19,159 nt of DNA. It comes from Calditrichia bacterium (GTDB lineage: Bacteria; Calditrichota; Calditrichia; RBG-13-44-9). The notes under the pieces were generated by a model, which was given only the letters and a program-made list of their open reading frames with translations, searched no databases and had not been told where the DNA came from. The first letter of the stretch is position 1. Each line of letters starts with the position of its first letter. The position numbers and the translations under genes were made by a program. Shown here piece after piece: positions 8,109 through 16,764 of the stretch. Where the stretch lies: contig JARRQT010000178.1 of the NCBI GenBank assembly GCA_037381445.1, forward strand, positions 1 to 19,159, given 5' to 3'.

Positions 8109-10145
8109 GTGGAGATTCTGTTGGTTTGGTTGAGTTTGGTGGCAGGGATTCTGGCTCTCTTTTATGCGCTGTATAAGACGAAGTGGATATACCGGCAGGA
8201 CCCGGGCACTGAAACAATGATCGAAATCGGGGGACATATCCGGGATGGGGCAATGGCTTTTCTCCGCCGTGAATATAGTGTTCTGGCTATTTTTGTGGTT
8301 GTTGTAGGGGTTGGTCTGGCGGCTGCCAATTCGGGATATGTTCGGCTGGTTGCAGTCTCTTTTATCGTCGGGGCCGGATGTTCGGCGCTGGCCGGTTTCA
8401 TAGGGATGCGTGTGGCAACAGCAGCCAACATGCGCACAACAAATGCCGCCCGGGAAAAACTCAACACCGCCCTGCAGGTGGCCTTCTCAGGTGGCTCCGT
8501 AATGGGAATGGGCGTAGTGGGTCTGGGTGTTGTGGGGCTGAGCTTTCTCTTTATTGTCTACACCGCGCTTTTCGGGGCGCAGGATAATGTTTTAAAAGAG
8601 GTGGTACTTCCCATTTTGAGCGGTTTCAGTCTGGGAGCAAGTTCAATCGCTTTATTCGCCAGGGTGGGCGGCGGCATCTACACAAAAGCAGCGGATGTCG
8701 GCGCGGACCTGGTTGGTAAGGTGGAAGCCGGCATTCCCGAGGATGATCCACGCAATCCCGCTGTTATTGCGGATAATGTGGGAGACAATGTGGGAGACGT
8801 GGCGGGAATGGGCGCCGACCTTTTTGAATCTTACGTGGGTTCAATCATCGGAACCATGGTTATTGGCGCGCTGATCCATATCAATGCGGTGGTGCTGCCG
8901 CTGGTTCTCGCAGGTACCGGAATTATCATGTCCATTATAGGGACGGTTTTTGTTCGTTCCAAGGAAGAGAGCAATCCGCAGGCTGCTTTGAACCGGGGAA
9001 CCTTCGGGGCAGGAATTCTGATGGCTATTGCTGCCTTTTTTCTGATACATTACCTTTTGCCCTCAAGCTTTGTACTGAGCGGAAAAACCTACACGAATAC
9101 CGGCGTTTTTGTAGCACTGATTACCGGTCTGGCGGTTGGAATTGCCATCGGTTTAATCACCGAATATTTTACCTCCGATTCAAGAAACCCCTCCCAGGGG
9201 ATTGCGCGCGATTCGCAGACCGGGGCCGCCACCAATATCATCGCAGGATTGTCGGTTGGAATGTTCAGTACCGGCATTCCTCTCATTCTCCTCGCTTTCG
9301 CTATCATGGTCGGTCACGCGAATGCCGGACTGTACGGTGTGGCAATATCAGCATTGGGAATGCTGGCGACCACCGGCATCCAACTGGCCGTGGATGCTTA
9401 CGGGCCGATCGCCGATAATGCGGGCGGCATTGCGGAAATGTCCCATCTTCCCAAGGAGGTCCGGGGACGGACCGATAAACTGGATGCGGTGGGGAACACG
9501 ACCGCTGCGATCGGAAAGGGATTTGCCATTGGTTCAGCGGCCCTGACAGCATTGGCGCTATTTGCCGCGTTTCAGGAAACGGCGCATGTGCGGACGATTG
9601 ATCTCACCAATCCGCGAGTCATGGCCGGTTTATTCATCGGGGGGATGCTGCCCTTCGTATTCAGTGGTTTTGCTATCAGGGCAGTGGGCAGGGCGGCCTT
9701 CAACATGATCGAAGAAGTACGACGTCAGTTCCGCGAAATTCCCGGCCTGATGGAAGGAAAAGCTACCGCCGATCATGCGCGCTGTGTTGATATCAGTACC
9801 CACGCCGCCATACGCGAAATGATTATACCGGGTTTTGCCGCCGTGATAATTCCGGTGCTTTTCGGCTTCTATGATAAATATATGCTGGGCGGTTTGCTGG
9901 CAGGTCTGACTGTCTCCGGCGTGCTGATGGCAATTTTTATGGCCAATGCCGGCGGTGCATGGGACAATGCAAAAAAATATATTGAAAGCGGTGCCTATGG
10001 CGGCAAGGGATCCGATCCTCATAAAGCCGCTGTAGTTGGAGACACGGTTGGCGATCCGTTTAAAGATACCGCGGGACCATCGCTCAATATCCTTATCAAG
10101 CTGATGTCAGTGGTTTCACTGGTTATCGCGCCTTTAATCAAATAA
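8109..10145 (+). CDS. hppA: Membrane-bound pyrophosphatase, K+-dependent, probably Na+-translocating
   Basis: [88 protein letters not shown]. Strong RBS AAGGAGG. Confidence 0.97.
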   Translation: MEILLVWLSLVAGILALFYALYKTKWIYRQDPGTETMIEIGGHIRDGAMAFLRREYSVLAIFVVVVGVGLAAANSGYVRLVAVSFIVGAGCSALAGFIGMRVATAANMRTTNAAREKLNTALQVAFSGGSVMGMGVVGLGVVGLSFLFIVYTALFGAQDNVLKEVVLPILSGFSLGASSIALFARVGGGIYTKAADVGADLVGKVEAGIPEDDPRNPAVIADNVGDNVGDVAGMGADLFESYVGSIIGTMVIGALIHINAVVLPLVLAGTGIIMSIIGTVFVRSKEESNPQAALNRGTFGAGILMAIAAFFLIHYLLPSSFVLSGKTYTNTGVFVALITGLAVGIAIGLITEYFTSDSRNPSQGIARDSQTGAATNIIAGLSVGMFSTGIPLILLAFAIMVGHANAGLYGVAISALGMLATTGIQLAVDAYGPIADNAGGIAEMSHLPKEVRGRTDKLDAVGNTTAAIGKGFAIGSAALTALALFAAFQETAHVRTIDLTNPRVMAGLFIGGMLPFVFSGFAIRAVGRAAFNMIEEVRRQFREIPGLMEGKATADHARCVDISTHAAIREMIIPGFAAVIIPVLFGFYDKYMLGGLLAGLTVSGVLMAIFMANAGGAWDNAKKYIESGAYGGKGSDPHKAAVVGDTVGDPFKDTAGPSLNILIKLMSVVSLVIAPLIK

Positions 10146-10199
10146 TATGTCGGAAGTTTTCAGAATTGCATGAACTTCCAGTTCTTGATTTTGTTAAAG

Positions 10200-10240
10200 A
10201 ATGGCTTCGCATATATGGCAGCGCGGAGCCATTTTATTTT
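10200..10240 (+). terminator. Rho-independent terminator after hppA
   Basis: AATGGCTTCGC...GCGGAGCCATT stem followed by TTATTTT. Confidence 0.65.
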
Positions 10241-10268
10241 GAGGAAAATAAAAAATTAAAATAAAGTA

Positions 10269-10297
10269 TAGACTTCATTTGTAAATATTGTTATATT
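10269..10297 (+). promoter_or_regulatory. Putative sigma-70 promoter of the rpsF-rpsR-rplI operon
   Basis: TAGACT, 17 bp spacer, TATATT with extended TG; A-rich UP-like tract upstream. Confidence 0.6.
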
Positions 10298-10339
10298 TTT
10301 CGCCCCAATTTTAGGGGACGCAAGTTAAATAAATTTATT

Positions 10340-10385
10340 TATCCTATTCCACCTTCAGGGTGGGATCGTAAAGACCGAAGGAGGT
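10340..10385 (+). promoter_or_regulatory. S6:S18-binding ribosomal leader RNA (rpsF 5' UTR)
   Basis: TCCT anti-SD, inner hairpin ATTCCACC/GGTGGGAT, then AAAGA-CCG directly before SD AAGGAGG, which is the known architecture of the S6:S18 autoregulatory element. Confidence 0.75.
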
Positions 10386-10388
10386 ATC

Positions 10389-10913
10389 ATGGAAAAACTG
10401 TATAGCACCATCTTCATTGTGGATATTTCGCAAAATCCTGATGAAGTGGACACTGTTGCCAGCCGCATACAACAGTTGATCGAAGACCACGGCGGAATCA
10501 TCAAAAAAATTGACCGGTGGGGGAAAAGGCGTCTGGCCTATTCCATCAACAAACGCACCCACGGTTTCTATGTTGAAATTGAATTCAGCGCCAACAGCCG
10601 TCTGAATATTCCTCAGATTTTGGAAAATGAATACCGCATCAATGATCGGGTACTGCGTTTCATGACCTATATCATTGAGAAGGAAGAACTCATCCAGCGT
10701 GCGAAGAATGCGGGTAAATTGAAATCAGCTGAGACTGCGGAGTCGGCGGAAGCGCCCGCAGAGGAAAAGAAGATCTCGGAAACCAGGCCTCCGGTGAGCA
10801 AACCGGCGGAATCCAAAGAAAATACAGAGCCGGAAACCCCCAAAGTTGAAGAGGCTAAAGAAGTTGAAGAAACCGAAGAAACCGAGAAAAAAGAAGAATC
10901 GGAACAAGAATAA
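10389..10913 (+). CDS. rpsF: 30S ribosomal protein S6 with a long acidic C-terminal extension
   Basis: WGKRRLAYSINKRTHGFY, INDRVLRFM; about 75-aa Glu/Lys-rich tail. Confidence 0.96.
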   Translation: MEKLYSTIFIVDISQNPDEVDTVASRIQQLIEDHGGIIKKIDRWGKRRLAYSINKRTHGFYVEIEFSANSRLNIPQILENEYRINDRVLRFMTYIIEKEELIQRAKNAGKLKSAETAESAEAPAEEKKISETRPPVSKPAESKENTEPETPKVEEAKEVEETEETEKKEESEQE

Positions 10914-10939
10914 AAATTGAAAAATAAGAGGAAATAAAA

Positions 10940-11164
10940 ATGTTACATAGAAAAAAACGTATCTGTCGATTTTGTGAAAGCGGCGATGTATTTATTGATT
11001 TCCGCGATGAAAAACGTCTTGTTCGTTTTCTCACTGAACAGGGTAAAATTGTGCCGCGTCGCACTTCAGGAAACTGCAACCAGCACCAAAGACAACTGGC
11101 CCAGGCCCTAAAGAGGGCTCGTCACCTGGCATTGATACCCTTTGTATCGGATATTCCACGATAA
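10940..11164 (+). CDS. rpsR: 30S ribosomal protein S18, zinc-binding (C+) form
   Basis: CRFC...IDFRD...GKIVPRRTSGNCNQHQRQLAQALKRARHLALIPF. Confidence 0.97.
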   Translation: MLHRKKRICRFCESGDVFIDFRDEKRLVRFLTEQGKIVPRRTSGNCNQHQRQLAQALKRARHLALIPFVSDIPR

Positions 11165-11201
11165 AACATCAAAGTGAAGAAAATGAGAGAGGTATATAAA
11201 A

Positions 11202-11645
11202 ATGAAAATAATACTTCGTCAAGATTATGACCAGCTTGGAAAAATAGGTGAGACGGTTGAAGTGAAACGCGGATTTGCCGTGAATTATCTGATACCCAAA
11301 AAAATTGCCTATCCGGCAAAGCCCAATTTTGTAAAAATGATCGAAGAAGAACAGCGCCAAAAAATGGTTCGCCTGAACAAGGAGAAAAAAGCAGCGGAAC
11401 AACTGGCCAAGAAAATGGAAAATGTTTCCGTTACGTTGGCAGTGAGCGTGGGTGAAGGCGATAAAATGTTTGGTTCGGTTACCAACCAGGATATCGCCGA
11501 AGCGTTAACACAACAGGGCTACGAAATTGACCGTAAGAAAATTGTATTGGATGAACCGATCAAGGCTCTGGGCATCTATTCTGTTCCTTTAAAGCTGCAT
11601 CCGGAGGTTGAGGTAAAAGTAAAAGTCTGGGTTGTTAAAGAATAA
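11202..11645 (+). CDS. rplI: 50S ribosomal protein L9
   Basis: MKIILRQD..LGKIGETVEVKRGFAVNYLIP, KMFGSVTNQDIA, PIKALG, LHPEV. Confidence 0.97.
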   Translation: MKIILRQDYDQLGKIGETVEVKRGFAVNYLIPKKIAYPAKPNFVKMIEEEQRQKMVRLNKEKKAAEQLAKKMENVSVTLAVSVGEGDKMFGSVTNQDIAEALTQQGYEIDRKKIVLDEPIKALGIYSVPLKLHPEVEVKVKVWVVKE

Positions 11646-11781
11646 AATCAACCTTTTAAGAAAAAGAAGCTCGCCTGAAAAATATGAAAAACCTCTTTCT
11701 GGTATTTCCAGCCGATCCGATTTAATATGCCAGGGCTTCCGGGTGGCAGACGTAGTTTTAAAAAGTATTTGAATCCGCGTT

Positions 11782-12084
11782 TTAGGTGACAATCTGCAAT
11801 ATTTCAATTTTTTCGGTTTGGACCAGCTGGTGATATTTTTCTGCGAGGTTTTTACTTTCCGGACTGGAGCCCCATTTTTGCCAGGATTTTTCATAGGCTT
11901 CCAGCGATGGGAAGTTCGTTTCCACCTCGCACCTGTTTTCTTCAACTCCGATGAATCCACGGTAGACTTTGATAGACGGCCATTCCAGGTTTTCTTCAAG
12001 ATGTTTGATGATTTTTTTCAAAGCATTGATGCCATTTCCCATATTTTCCGGTTCGAATTACACAATAATTCTCCAGCGAATAAT
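11782..12084 (-). pseudogene. Degraded small NIPSNAP/dimeric alpha-beta barrel-like gene (ATT start, in-frame TAA at codon 9)
   Basis: SD GGAGG 7 nt before ATT at 12084; frame reads IIRWRIIV*FEPEN into the 86-aa ORF containing FPSLEAYEKSWQKWGSSPE. Family assignment by eye. Confidence 0.55.
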
Positions 12085-12301
12085 GGAAAGCCCTCCGTTT
12101 TTTAATACTTATTATAAATTATGCATTCCCCCAAAATATTCAAAGCAAAACGCCTCCCGATGATGTTTATAATTTTCACTCAGTGCAACCTGCCGATATT
12201 GTCTTTTTATACAGTAAAGTGGAAAATCAAAAAGATGATTTTGAAGCCAAATGTATCCCCATAATTATCACGATTTGTTAAGATTAAAAGTGTTTTTTAG
12301 C

Positions 12302-12330
12302 TTGACAGACTTATCATTTCTTTCTATATT
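12302..12330 (+). promoter_or_regulatory. Sigma-70 promoter of tRNA-Lys
   Basis: TTGACA, 17 bp spacer, TATATT, ending 15 nt before the tRNA. Confidence 0.8.
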
Positions 12331-12345
12331 TGCCGTGCCTTTTAC

Positions 12346-12418
12346 GGGCCCGTAGCTCAGTTGGTAGAGCAGCGGCCTTTTAAGCCGTTGGTCGAAGGTT
12401 CGAATCCTTCCGGGCTCA
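12346..12418 (+). tRNA. tRNA-Lys(TTT), CCA not encoded
   Basis: Acceptor stem GGGCCCG/CGGGCTC, D-arm GCTCAGTTGGTAGAGC, anticodon arm GCGGC-CTTTTAA-GCCGT, T-arm GAAGG-TTCGAAT-CCTTC. Confidence 0.97.
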
Positions 12419-12423
12419 CAAAT

Positions 12424-12456
12424 ACCCCGAACGAACCTGTGCGGGGTTTTTATTTT
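12424..12456 (+). terminator. Terminator after tRNA-Lys
   Basis: ACCCCG...CGGGGT stem followed by TTTTATTTT. Confidence 0.7.
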
Positions 12457-12524
12457 GGAGAAAACAGCCGCTCGTTTTAAATATTTCCCCTTCATTCCAC
12501 AACCCAATTATTTTCACGCTGATA

Positions 12525-12597
12525 AGAATTATTTCCGAATTCCTTCAAATACGGGGAGAGAATTTAAAAACCTTCTCCGAAATTAAGAAATAATTCT
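12525..12597. repeat. Imperfect 73-bp inverted repeat
   Basis: Perfect 11-bp terminal arms AGAATTATTTC / GAAATAATTCT, with inner pairing CGGGGAG/TTCTCCG. Confidence 0.5.
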
Positions 12598-12711
12598 CAA
12601 AGACCATGCACAAAAAAGATTATATAATGCATGAATTAGTGCATCATTAAAATTGTTATCAAGAAATAAAATATTTATTTCTCTTGATTATTACTTGTAA
12701 AAAGTATTATA

Positions 12712-12731
12712 ATATGAATGATTAATCATTT
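12712..12731. promoter_or_regulatory. Putative ArsR/SmtB operator overlapping the arsR promoter
   Basis: Perfect palindrome AATGATTAATCATT (12717-12730) just downstream of TATAAT (12708-12713; TTGATT at 12684). It also reads ATATGAA-N6-ATCATTT, similar to SmtB/CzrA-type boxes. Confidence 0.6.
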
Positions 12732-12747
12732 AATAAAAAGGTGAATT

Positions 12748-13065
12748 ATGGACAACAAAATCTACGATCTGAAAGCAGACCTTTTGAGCGCACTCGGACA
12801 TGGCAACCGTATCAGAATTCTGGAATTCCTAAAAAACGGAGAGAAGTGTAATTGTGATATTTATCCCGCGCTGGACCTGGAGCAGTCCAATTTAAGCCGC
12901 CACATGAAAATTTTGCAGGAGGCCGGGATTGTCTCCGCCCGTAAAGACGGATTAAAGGTGTATTACAATATCCTTGATTCCAGAATATATGATTTGATTG
13001 ATGGTGTAACCGAGATTGTGAAAACCAATCTGAAACGCAGTCTGGAACTTATCGATCAGTTGTAA
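12748..13065 (+). CDS. ArsR/SmtB family metalloregulatory repressor
   Basis: ALGHGNRIRILEFL, EKCNCDI (ELCVCD-like alpha3 site), QSNLSRHMKILQEAGIV, RKDGLKVYY. Confidence 0.93.
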   Translation: MDNKIYDLKADLLSALGHGNRIRILEFLKNGEKCNCDIYPALDLEQSNLSRHMKILQEAGIVSARKDGLKVYYNILDSRIYDLIDGVTEIVKTNLKRSLELIDQL

Positions 13066-13167
13066 CCTGGCGTATCGAAGGCCGCAATCTGCCAGCGAAG
13101 AGATACAGCCTCTCGGAGTATCCTCACCGGTGATAATGATGTAATTGCATTTAAAGCGATACACGCT

Positions 13168-13213
13168 GCCCCGGATCTTGTTATATAAATTTTATATGCT
13201 TATCCGGGGTTTT
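13168..13213 (+). terminator. Long hairpin, probable terminator after arsR
   Basis: CCCCGGAT...ATATAA-ATT-TTATAT...ATCCGGGG followed by TTTT. Confidence 0.55.
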
Positions 13214-13417
13214 GCATTCCCCCAAATAATCCCTGCCGCTCTGGACTGAATCCGCCCCCTGTGTAATTAAAACGACTAAATTGTCGGAATCACTATTCAC
13301 TGGACTCAAAAACATTTTTCCTGCACGGATGGCGAACGCGTCCTTGTCTGGTAAAAAATTGTTCTTTAAATTAAAGGGCGTTGTCACTAAATTCTTTGCC
13401 GATAAAAGATTGAAAAG

Positions 13418-15892
13418 ATGCTTATGTCCAGCTATGCAAGAGTTATCCTGTCCATCCCAAACGATGACGGTTTTACCTATTCGGTCCCGGAAGATATGAA
13501 AAATTCTCTCGAACCGGGAATGCAGGTTATCGTGCCCTTTGGCAAAAGATTTGTTTCCGGGATCGTCATTGAAAAACTCGGCGAGATATCCCCCGAGCTC
13601 GAAAATAATGGCATCAAGCCCATCCGCGATATCGTGCATCCACAGCCTGTTGTTTCAAAAGAAATGATCGGGTTACTGAGCTGGATCTCCGATTATTATA
13701 TCTGCCATTTGGGAGAAGCCTACCGGCTGGTCCAGTCTGGTCTGAATGTTGGCAACTCGAAATTACTTCTCAGACGAACGGAAATTCCTCCTCCCGATAA
13801 CCTTGCCCTGACGCAACATCAGATCCTGGAACAGATACCTATGGGCGGCGAAATCGCTGAAAATAAACTTAATAAGAGTATCAAACGCACCACGCTCCGC
13901 TCCGTTTTGCTGGAATTGGAAAAAAGCGGATTGATCGAAAGACGATATTCCAGCCTGGAAATCAAAGAGAAGTTTAAGACGGAAGATTTCATTCGCTTAA
14001 TTCTTCGGGATGACCGTTCTGAAGCGGTCCGGCAAAATTATGAGAAATTAATGTCAGGACGGTCTGCAAAAACGAAAGATTTATTCAATTATCTGGAAGG
14101 TAAGGGTTGGCTTTCAATGTCGGACCTGAAAGCAAAAGGTTTTACCCGCGCTGCCGTAAACCGTTTGCTGAGTCTGGATCTGGTCGAATTGGAAAGCCGC
14201 CCGCTGCACAGGTCATTCCACATGCCCTATCATGAACCGCCGCCCGATATTGTCATAACAGAAGATCAACAGGAATTTATTGATAAGGCCTCTGCTTACC
14301 TTGAAGAAATGAAATTCAATACCTTCCTTCTGCATGGGATCACCGGCAGCGGGAAAACCCAGGTGTACATTGAGTTGATTCGTAAAGTGCTGGAGCAGGG
14401 CAGGCAGGCCATTGTGCTGATTCCCGAAATTGTTTTAACTCCCCAGACGATGGCTCGTTTTCAGCATTATTTCAAAGACCGGATTGGTATATTGCATAGC
14501 AGGCTTTCCGCTGGCGAAAGGCGGGAAATACTGCACAAAGTACAGATGGGCGAGTTCGATGTAGTCATCGGGGCTCGTTCTGCCATCTTTGCTCCGGTGC
14601 AAAATCTTGGATTGGTGGTAGTGGATGAAGAACATGAATCAAGTTATAAACAAAGCGATGCCCAGCCCCGCTACCATGCCCGTGATGTGGCGATCTATCG
14701 CGCGCGGCTGAATAATGCAGTCGTGGTTCTGGGATCCGCAACGCCTTCCTTCGAGAGCCTGTACAATGCACGACAGGGGCAGTTTGAGTATTTTCAGCTC
14801 ATGAAAAGAATCGAATCGCGATCACTGCCCCGGATTTCTGTCGTTGATTTGCGTGAGGAATGGAAGCGGGGCGGCGAGCAGCCGGTCATCTCGGAAAATC
14901 TGGAACTCAAGATCGAATCACGGCTTCTTACCCGCGACCAGATCATGATACTTCAAAACCGGCGGGGATATTCACCCTTTATCCTTTGTAAAGACTGCGG
15001 CTATGTCGCAAAATGTCCCAATTGTGATATTACGCTCACCTTTCATCAAAAAAACCGGCAGATGGTCTGCCATTACTGCGGATATCAGGAAGGCGCGCCG
15101 AACCTATGCCCCGATTGCCAGGGAATGGAAATCCTGTTCCGGGGAATCGGGACCCAGCGCATGGAAGAGGTGCTGCTGGAAAAATTTCCTCACGCCTCCA
15201 CCCTGCGAATGGACCAGGATACCACCAAAGGGAAAAACGGCCATTTGGAGATACTTGAAAAATTCCGTTCCGGTGAGGCCGATATCATGGTAGGCACCAA
15301 AATGATTGCCAAGGGGCTGGATTTCAAGCGCGTCTCTCTGGTTGGGATTGTATCTGCGGACCAGGGCCTTCATTTTCCTGATTTCCGTTCCACCGAGAAG
15401 GTGTTTCAATTACTCACGCAGGCCGCCGGAAGGGCGGGCAGGGGAGCGAGCAGCGGAGAGGTGGTGGTGCAGACATTCGACCCATCCCATTACATATTTC
15501 AATATCTTTTAACACATGATTATCTGAATTTTTTTATTAAAGAAATAGAGAGCCGCAAGTCGCTTAAATATCCTCCTTTTTCCAGAATCATGCTTATCAG
15601 AGTGGAAGGAAAGAACTTGAGCGAAGTTCAGAAGTATAGTGAAGTGGTGCGAAATTTCTTAAGGAAAGCGAATGAACAGCAGCTATTTTCTATACTGGGG
15701 CCGTCGCCGGCACCGATTGCCAGAATTCAAAACATCTATCGTTATTATCTTCTGGTGAAACAGGATAAGGAAAAAGATGCCTCAATGAGTATGCTGCGTT
15801 ACCTGGTAAAGAAAGGCCTTTATCAGAATCCGGAAGTGAAAAAATGGCCGGTTAAGCTTTCCATTGATGTGGATCCGGTGGAGATTATGTAA
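13418..15892 (+). CDS. priA: Primosomal protein N' (replication restart helicase)
   Basis: FTYSVP/VIVPFG 3'-binding domain, LHGITGSGKT, VDEEHESSYKQ, GSATPS, NRRGY, four CxxC zinc motifs, TKMIAKGLDF, QAAGRAGR, IDVDP. Start at 13418 or 13424. Confidence 0.98.
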   Translation: MLMSSYARVILSIPNDDGFTYSVPEDMKNSLEPGMQVIVPFGKRFVSGIVIEKLGEISPELENNGIKPIRDIVHPQPVVSKEMIGLLSWISDYYICHLGEAYRLVQSGLNVGNSKLLLRRTEIPPPDNLALTQHQILEQIPMGGEIAENKLNKSIKRTTLRSVLLELEKSGLIERRYSSLEIKEKFKTEDFIRLILRDDRSEAVRQNYEKLMSGRSAKTKDLFNYLEGKGWLSMSDLKAKGFTRAAVNRLLSLDLVELESRPLHRSFHMPYHEPPPDIVITEDQQEFIDKASAYLEEMKFNTFLLHGITGSGKTQVYIELIRKVLEQGRQAIVLIPEIVLTPQTMARFQHYFKDRIGILHSRLSAGERREILHKVQMGEFDVVIGARSAIFAPVQNLGLVVVDEEHESSYKQSDAQPRYHARDVAIYRARLNNAVVVLGSATPSFESLYNARQGQFEYFQLMKRIESRSLPRISVVDLREEWKRGGEQPVISENLELKIESRLLTRDQIMILQNRRGYSPFILCKDCGYVAKCPNCDITLTFHQKNRQMVCHYCGYQEGAPNLCPDCQGMEILFRGIGTQRMEEVLLEKFPHASTLRMDQDTTKGKNGHLEILEKFRSGEADIMVGTKMIAKGLDFKRVSLVGIVSADQGLHFPDFRSTEKVFQLLTQAAGRAGRGASSGEVVVQTFDPSHYIFQYLLTHDYLNFFIKEIESRKSLKYPPFSRIMLIRVEGKNLSEVQKYSEVVRNFLRKANEQQLFSILGPSPAPIARIQNIYRYYLLVKQDKEKDASMSMLRYLVKKGLYQNPEVKKWPVKLSIDVDPVEIM

Positions 15893-15903
15893 AGGAGGCA
15901 GCA

Positions 15904-16764
15904 ATGGCGGGAAGAATTCGGATTGTATTTATATTGGGTGTATTTTTACTGATTGGGATTGACTTGGCGCCGGCGCAGAACAGCCCCAGGTTTGGCATCG
16001 GTGGATTGGGGCGTGAAATGCCGGATTCAACTCGCCTGACGCTTAAATTGCCCAGTCCTTTCATTTCTCCCAGATTTTTCTGGCTGCCTCTTGATACGAA
16101 ACAATTACTGCAAAACTGGGCATTCGAGCATCGGCACCGGATTCAGGCTGAGGTCAGTTTCGCACCCTGGGAGTCCATTTCAGAAGAAACACTCAGCGTC
16201 CCCGACATAGACTGGAATACACCATCTCCCATTAAAACCACATTTGGAATTGATTACCGCACAAGTTCCCTGTATGTCCCCGTAAATGTTCAGGAATATC
16301 AGGAATACCTGATGGGCCGGTCACGGTATTTTCCGCTTGGTTCACTGGCAGCCGCGGCGTACCTGGCAAACAAGATTTACGGACGCTACGGATATCTGCT
16401 CAGGAAAAAGGAAGAGAACAGATACGTGAGCCTGGACATGACGGATGATGAAATTCGCATGATGCAGTTTCTATGGGATCAGCCGGGATTGATGCCAACA
16501 GAATGGTATTCAACCTATCAGGACCAGCATTCCCAGCCATTGTTAACGTATATGGTTTTTCAGGAAAATATTACGGATTTAGAGAATAAATATCTTATCA
16601 ATCCGCGCAAGTTCCCCAATGACCGTGTCCTTTATTATCCTGCCATCACCGCAAACGATCTCATTTTCAGATTAAAGGATGAACTCTCCGGACTGGATGG
16701 GCAACACAATGCCGAGAGAATTATGCGCATCAGGTATTTGATTCAGAAACTTGGCAATTTTTAA
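15904..16764 (+). CDS. Hypothetical protein: N-terminal signal peptide, possible central TM segment, C-terminal BlaI/MecI/CopY-like winged helix
   Basis: Strong RBS AAGGAGG. Signal peptide MAGRIRIVFILGVFLLIGIDLAPA-QN. Residues 179-255, MTDDEIRMMQFLW...LENKYLI...VLYYPAITANDL, follow the BlaI pattern. Confidence 0.7.
   Translation: MAGRIRIVFILGVFLLIGIDLAPAQNSPRFGIGGLGREMPDSTRLTLKLPSPFISPRFFWLPLDTKQLLQNWAFEHRHRIQAEVSFAPWESISEETLSVPDIDWNTPSPIKTTFGIDYRTSSLYVPVNVQEYQEYLMGRSRYFPLGSLAAAAYLANKIYGRYGYLLRKKEENRYVSLDMTDDEIRMMQFLWDQPGLMPTEWYSTYQDQHSQPLLTYMVFQENITDLENKYLINPRKFPNDRVLYYPAITANDLIFRLKDELSGLDGQHNAERIMRIRYLIQKLGNF

Noticed and set aside
10913..10940. No ssb/priB between rpsF and rpsR
   Set aside because: rpsF-rpsR-rplI without ssb is an ordinary arrangement in Bacteroidota and related groups.
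12533..12547. Possible att-site duplicate of the tRNA-Lys 3' end (CGAATTCCTTC vs CGAATCCTTC)
   Set aside because: Too short and imperfect, and there is no integrase in the window.
12605..12648. TGCA-containing motifs as an NtrC-type enhancer for the sigma-54 activator
   Set aside because: Spacing is TGCA-N8-TGCA rather than N9, and I found no convincing -24/-12 (TGGCAC-N5-TTGC) promoter in the intergenic regions I examined.
13181..13639. Minus-strand 152-aa ORF and + strand 13281-13499 ORF
   Set aside because: Both overlap priA, lack an RBS and recognisable motifs, and look like shadow ORFs.
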